Assembly (NCBI GenBank): GCA_964619725.1 | Contig: CAZUFC010000014.1 | Span: 32,001-96,000, forward strand | From: an uncultured bacterium | Lineage (GTDB): Bacteria; CSSED10-310; CAZUFC01 | Direction of reading: 5' to 3' | DNA length: 64,000 nucleotides | Shown: positions 59,491 to 64,000 of the stretch, piece after piece | How the letters are laid out: every line of letters begins with the position of its first letter | Position numbering within the stretch: position 1 is the first letter of the stretch | The notes under the pieces: generated by a model | The model's input: only the letters and a program-made list of their open reading frames with translations | What the model was told of the DNA's origin: nothing | Databases searched by the model: none | Translations under genes and position numbers: made by a program

Positions 59491-59805
59491 CTATGGGGCA
59501 GCTGAACCTTTTGAGTTAGCGTCCGTTATTGAATCGCCGATATCGGCAATAATAATCGCAGCTTCTTTCCAGAATCTGGCGCCCAAAAAAATCGCGCCGG
59601 CGCCGATGAGCCCGAATATCAAAATTCCTGCTCCGGCCAGAAATGAATCGCCCATGGTTCCAAATCCGCTGATAAGAGCGCCTAATGCGCTGAGTGCAGC
59701 GAGAATATATCCCAGCAGAGCGATTAATCCTATAATGCTTCGATAAGTCGGATAAGCTGTGTTTGAACGGATTTTGTTTAAATAATCCCTTTTAGCGACA
59801 TCCAT
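59491..59805 (-). CDS. Small two-TM membrane protein
   Basis: ATG 59805 after AAAGGA; two hydrophobic helices; R.NTAYP and DI.DS motifs. Confidence 0.65.
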   Translation of the reverse strand: MDVAKRDYLNKIRSNTAYPTYRSIIGLIALLGYILAALSALGALISGFGTMGDSFLAGAGILIFGLIGAGAIFLGARFWKEAAIIIADIGDSITDANSKGSAAP

Positions 59806-60156
59806 TTTTTTTCCTTTCTGATTAGTTTTTATTTTTGAACAAAGGCTGGCAATCCTTTTCGGTTGTTTATCGAAAAGAAAACCGTGTTTGAACAAGCGTG
59901 AATAATTAAATGAAAAATCCACTGAAACATCAAACCTTTTGACCGTCCACATTTTCGAGTATACAATTTTGGATTTCTTATTTCAAACGGATTATGAGCA
60001 AACAAGTAGAAAAATTTACTCGAATATGGATAAGAAACCGCAGCGTCGGTCCGAAACTGAAATTCGAAGCTCCTGATATTTTCAATCACTGCAGAAAAAA
60101 ATGACTTGGAAACAAATGTTTTACGAAGGGCTCTGATTTCTCTTCAGCCAATAGAG

Positions 60157-60204
60157 AAACAGCGCCGTGCATCTTTCCTTCCGGATCGACGCACGGCGCT
60201 GTTT
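60157..60204. terminator. Stem-loop terminator downstream of the Kelch/NHL surface protein
   Basis: 14-bp perfect stem AAACAGCGCCGTGC / GCACGGCGCTGTTT. Confidence 0.75.
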
Positions 60205-60224
60205 TCAGGGCTTAAGGTTGACTA

Positions 60225-63200
60225 TTAAAGCGATTCCGTTCTTCTTTTAACGAGCAAAAATGCAATAAGCGTAATCAGCAGCAGGAGTCCGGCGGGTTTT
60301 GCGGCGGGAACTGAAGCGGGAGTGAAAGTGGGAACGGGCGTGGGATTGGGATTGTATCCGTCCTGAGAGTATTTCCAGGCATCATCGAAGTAGCAGCCTT
60401 CGCCGGCGCCGCCGAATAACAATGTGTAATTCATTTCAGGATTATACGCCATTTCGATTTCGCATCTTACTTCAGGAGAATGTTCGGGACTTTCCTGATT
60501 CCATTCGGCATTTACTCCGTCCCAGGTCCAGGTATGGTTGGTGAAATCGCCGTTCTGGTCTGAACCGCCGAATAATATGCATTTCTGGAGTTCATCGTCA
60601 TAAGACATGGCGCCGTTAGCGAGAGGACCAGGCGATGAACCATCTTTTCTTAATACCCAGTTGCAATCGGCGGCATTTGAGTCACCATAGCTGCAATGCA
60701 ATTCCCAGGTATCGTCCAGTTTTTCTGAACCTGCGCAACCTCCATAGAGAACGACGCAGTTACGATTTTCATCGTAGGCCGTCATGGGTTCAGTTCTGGG
60801 TGAAGGAGAATCCTCCGTATCGATAAGAGACCAGTTTGTGCCGTCCCATTGCCAGGTATCGTTCAGAGCGGAGCCTCCGTTCCACCCGCCGAAAAGAATA
60901 ACGGTTTCGGTGTTCGGGTCATAAACCATTTTGTGGTGTCTGCGTGCACAGGGACTTGTGTTCGGTTGCTTCAGCAGCCAGGACGAACCGTCGAATTCCC
61001 AGGTATCGCTGTAGTAACCGCCATACCCCGTTATGCTTCCCCCGAAAAGCACGGTAACGCCTTTTGATGCATCATAAGCAGCGGCAGCACAGAGTCTGCA
61101 GGCAGGCGATTCGTTCAAACCATCGAGAAGTATCCAGTTTTCAGCCGCCGTATCGAATACCCAGGTGTCGTTAAGTGAGTTGATTCCGTCAACCGATCCG
61201 CCGAACAACAGAAACTCATTGTTTGCCTGATCATACGTCAGAATGTTCTCAGCTCTTGCGGAGGGATACTGGTCTGGAAAAATCTGATGCCAGTCGTAGA
61301 TTGTTTGATCGGCAGGTCCGTAAATATCATCGATCCATTTTTCCTGCCAGCCGCCGATATGGTCCTGGAATTCCAGCCGGAAGTAATTGGATGTCGTGAA
61401 TTCATTATCGGTCGCCGACATGCAGAGGACATCGTCGATGTAAACAAAGAAGCTTCCGTCAAAAGTCCTTTCAATTCTGCAATGCCGCCAGGTTCCCAGA
61501 TCGAAGCCTTCACCGGTGTAATAGGAATCCAGTTCAACCGTTTCGCCGCCGACCTTCTTTCGTAAAAACCAGGTTCGGCAGCAATCCTGATGACCGCAGG
61601 GTTCGCCGTGAACCAGTTCGTAAAAGTTGTCGGAATCAAGATGAATGAAATGGACATGACGGAAGGAATAATGCCCGTCGCCCTCAACCTTGGTGCGCCA
61701 TTTCCAGCATCCGTAAGCCGCTGTTTGCGGAATCTGAAGTATCCCCGCTCCCGGATTCGGCGCCGGCCCGTTGTATCGCAACGCCCCGGAAGCCGCGCTC
61801 CAGTATGAGCAGCCCTGGATGCATCCCCATGATGGATTCGACGTCCAGTCCCCGTCGGAAAAATCATCGTATTTTTGGAAGTCGCAGGGGAATGGGGTCG
61901 GGACTCCCGTCGGTGTGGGAATAACGGTGGGTACATATGTCGGTGTAGGAGACGCCTCTGCCGGTCCATAAATATCATCAATCCATTTTTCCTGCCAGCC
62001 GCCGATATGGTCCTGGAATTCCAGCCGGAAGTAATTGGATGTCGTGAATTCATTATCGGTCGCCGACATGCAGAGGACATCGTCGATGTAAACAAAGAAG
62101 CTTCCGTCAAAAGTCCTTTCAATTCTGCAATGCCGCCAGGTTCCCAGATCGAAGCCTTCACCGGTGTAATAGGAATCCAGTTCAACCGTTTCGCCGCCGA
62201 CCTTCTTTCGTAAAAACCAGGTTCGGCAGCAATCCTGATGACCGCAGGGTTCGCCGTGAACCAGTTCGTAAAAGTTGTCGGAATCAAGATGAATGAAATG
62301 GACATGACGGAAGGAATAATGCCCGTCGCCCTCAACCTTGGTGCGCCATTTCCAGCATCCGTAAGCCGCTGTTTGCGGAATCTGAAGTATCCCTGCTCCC
62401 GGATTCGGTGTTGGCCCGTTGTATCGCAGCGCCCCGGAAGATGCGCTCCAGTATGAACAACCCTGGATGCATTCCCATGATGGATTCGATGTCCAGTCGC
62501 CGTCGGTAAAATCGTCGTATTTTTGGAAGTCGCAGAGGAATGGGGTCGGGATTGCCGTCTCTGTCGGTATAAGAGTTGGAGTATTCGTGGGAGCGGGTGT
62601 CGGCGTCGGCGCTTCGCAATTGTATTCCCAGGTGTCCCCAATATCACTAACGCTGTTCTGACCGCCGAACATCATCATTATCTCGTTGCAGGAATCATAA
62701 GCTAATCCTAAATCCGTTCTTATGGGAGGAATTGTCGCCGGTTCTTCTTCCACCCAGGTATTGCCGTCCCAGGTCCAGGTGTCATTAGACGGTCCGTTAT
62801 CGGTCGTTCCCCCGAACAACACGCATAAATTACGGTTCGAGTCGTAAATCATTCTGCCGTCGTTTCTGGCCGGCGGAACAGAGCCTGTCGGATATTTTTG
62901 CTGCCAATCGCTTCCGTCATATTCCCAGGTATCGTCTAAATACACGCCGCCATTAGAACCACCAAAAAGCGCCGTCACACAACGTTCTTCATCGAAAGCC
63001 ATCATGGGCTCAGCACGCGGACCGGGTGAACCAACCGTCGTTATTAGCGTCCAATCGGACCCGTCCCATTCCCACGTTTCATTATTGTAACCGCCGCCGT
63101 TCCATCCTCCGAACATCACGACGACTCCCCGACAACTGTCGTAGACCATCCGGTGATGCCGACGGGGATATGGATTCGTATCCGGGGAAATCTGGGTCCA

Positions 63201-64000
63201 GTTCGTTCCGTCATATTCCCAGGTGTCGTTGTAATACCCCCCGTAACCGTTCGTGCTGCCGCCGAAAAACACAGCGACGTCTCTTGTGGAATCATAAGCC
63301 ATGCCGTAGGCGATCCGCGCTGAAGGTGAAGCGGAAGTATTCTTTTCTGTCCATGTTCCGGTACTGACGTTATACTCCCAGGTATCGGCATACGATTGAG
63401 TTCCGCCTTCATAACCGCCGCCGAACAAAACGCATACGCCGCGATAATCATCATAGACGATCTTAATCTCATGTCTTGCATCTGGAGAGGTCGAGGGAAA
63501 CTGCTCTTCCCAATCACAACTCATCATAGCAGGGGTACCCGTCGACACTGGGGTACAAGTCGGAAGCTGCGGCGTTTGAGTCGGCAAATAGGGAACGAAT
63601 GCCTGCACTCTGTAGTTTCCGCCGTTGCCGCCGTCGGACAGGAACACTCTTCCATCCGGAGCTTCAGCCATTTCAGACGGTCGCCAGTAAAATTCCTCCG
63701 GATCGCTGCCCTGGTAATCGTACCCTATTTCCGTTACAAGGTTCCAAGCGGAATCATATTTTCGCGCTTTGTATTCAGTTCTCGTCCAAAAATTACCTTC
63801 ATCGTCGATAAACAGAAGCGATTCGCCATAAGCGGGTCTTCTCCAGCCGGTATCGACACCGGCATTAGTAAATTTTGCAAACTCATCCCCCCCGACGCTA
63901 AGGTAAATGTATCCGTCTGGTGAGGCATGAATGTCTCCGCCGGCCTGCCCGGTATCCGTTACAATATATTCCCTGACGAATTGACCCTCCGTATTGTAAA
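60225..64000 (-). CDS. Large surface protein (N-terminus outside window): NHL-like repeats, Kelch-like propeller, duplicated beta-sandwich domain, second Kelch-like propeller, C-terminal sorting signal
   Basis: Frame stays open upstream of the track's ATG 63671 to the window end (hand translation); LFGG...DTWEYDG repeats; ends SVPAAKPAGLLLLITLIAFLLVKRRTESL. Confidence 0.88.
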   Translation of the reverse strand, partial: YNTEGQFVREYIVTDTGQAGGDIHASPDGYIYLSVGGDEFAKFTNAGVDTGWRRPAYGESLLFIDDEGNFWTRTEYKARKYDSAWNLVTEIGYDYQGSDPEEFYWRPSEMAEAPDGRVFLSDGGNGGNYRVQAFVPYLPTQTPQLPTCTPVSTGTPAMMSCDWEEQFPSTSPDARHEIKIVYDDYRGVCVLFGGGYEGGTQSYADTWEYNVSTGTWTEKNTSASPSARIAYGMAYDSTRDVAVFFGGSTNGYGGYYNDTWEYDGTNWTQISPDTNPYPRRHHRMVYDSCRGVVVMFGGWNGGGYNNETWEWDGSDWTLITTVGSPGPRAEPMMAFDEERCVTALFGGSNGGVYLDDTWEYDGSDWQQKYPTGSVPPARNDGRMIYDSNRNLCVLFGGTTDNGPSNDTWTWDGNTWVEEEPATIPPIRTDLGLAYDSCNEIMMMFGGQNSVSDIGDTWEYNCEAPTPTPAPTNTPTLIPTETAIPTPFLCDFQKYDDFTDGDWTSNPSWECIQGCSYWSASSGALRYNGPTPNPGAGILQIPQTAAYGCWKWRTKVEGDGHYSFRHVHFIHLDSDNFYELVHGEPCGHQDCCRTWFLRKKVGGETVELDSYYTGEGFDLGTWRHCRIERTFDGSFFVYIDDVLCMSATDNEFTTSNYFRLEFQDHIGGWQEKWIDDIYGPAEASPTPTYVPTVIPTPTGVPTPFPCDFQKYDDFSDGDWTSNPSWGCIQGCSYWSAASGALRYNGPAPNPGAGILQIPQTAAYGCWKWRTKVEGDGHYSFRHVHFIHLDSDNFYELVHGEPCGHQDCCRTWFLRKKVGGETVELDSYYTGEGFDLGTWRHCRIERTFDGSFFVYIDDVLCMSATDNEFTTSNYFRLEFQDHIGGWQEKWIDDIYGPADQTIYDWHQIFPDQYPSARAENILTYDQANNEFLLFGGSVDGINSLNDTWVFDTAAENWILLDGLNESPACRLCAAAAYDASKGVTVLFGGSITGYGGYYSDTWEFDGSSWLLKQPNTSPCARRHHKMVYDPNTETVILFGGWNGGSALNDTWQWDGTNWSLIDTEDSPSPRTEPMTAYDENRNCVVLYGGCAGSEKLDDTWELHCSYGDSNAADCNWVLRKDGSSPGPLANGAMSYDDELQKCILFGGSDQNGDFTNHTWTWDGVNAEWNQESPEHSPEVRCEIEMAYNPEMNYTLLFGGAGEGCYFDDAWKYSQDGYNPNPTPVPTFTPASVPAAKPAGLLLLITLIAFLLVKRRTESL
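61312..62559 (-). repeat. Intragenic tandem duplication (period 648 nt = 216 aa)
   Basis: 61333-61745 identical by eye to 61981-62393; the adjoining ~165 nt carry scattered substitutions. Confidence 0.95.

Noticed and set aside
61312-62559. Diversity-generating retroelement TR/VR pair
   Set aside because: Both copies are in-frame parts of one gene, differences are not restricted to adenines (C/T, T/G and C/G changes occur), and no reverse transcriptase is in the window.
61238-62647. 469-aa alternative-frame ORF
   Set aside because: Shadow frame of the surface protein gene, lengthened by the duplication; no protein-like motifs.
1-64000. Alternative genetic code (UGA reassigned)
   Set aside because: TGA ends conserved genes at their expected ends (pnp, gcvPA, ftcD, queF), so general UGA reassignment is not supported.

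Overview
Bacterial chromosomal window in the standard genetic code, probably from a diderm anaerobe (inferred from CsgG-like, DUF374, ResB/ResC and double-cubane genes). It holds about 50 genes. Housekeeping blocks are pnp-resB-resC, rpmH-rnpA-yidD-yidC-jag, HU/IHF, gcvT-H-PA-PB, galU, queF and ftcD. There are also transporters, signalling proteins, candidate surface-modification enzymes and three large secreted modular proteins. No rRNA, tRNA, CRISPR array or transposase was seen. Main observations: (1) a structured leader upstream of a double-cubane cluster reductase/activator operon carries a 13-codon uORF with an in-frame UGA, a SECIS-like hairpin and competing terminator/antiterminator pairings, making it a candidate selenocysteine-sensing attenuator; (2) three unrelated surface proteins share an [ILV]PA[TA]-transmembrane-basic C-terminal sorting signal starting exactly 28 residues from the end; (3) a flavodiiron-type protein has lost most di-iron ligands; (4) several dispersed intergenic repeat families; (5) a mosaic domain duplication with a ~413-nt identical tract; (6) rnpA lacks a canonical start codon for its conserved N-terminus. 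All family calls come from motif recognition by eye, not from database searches.
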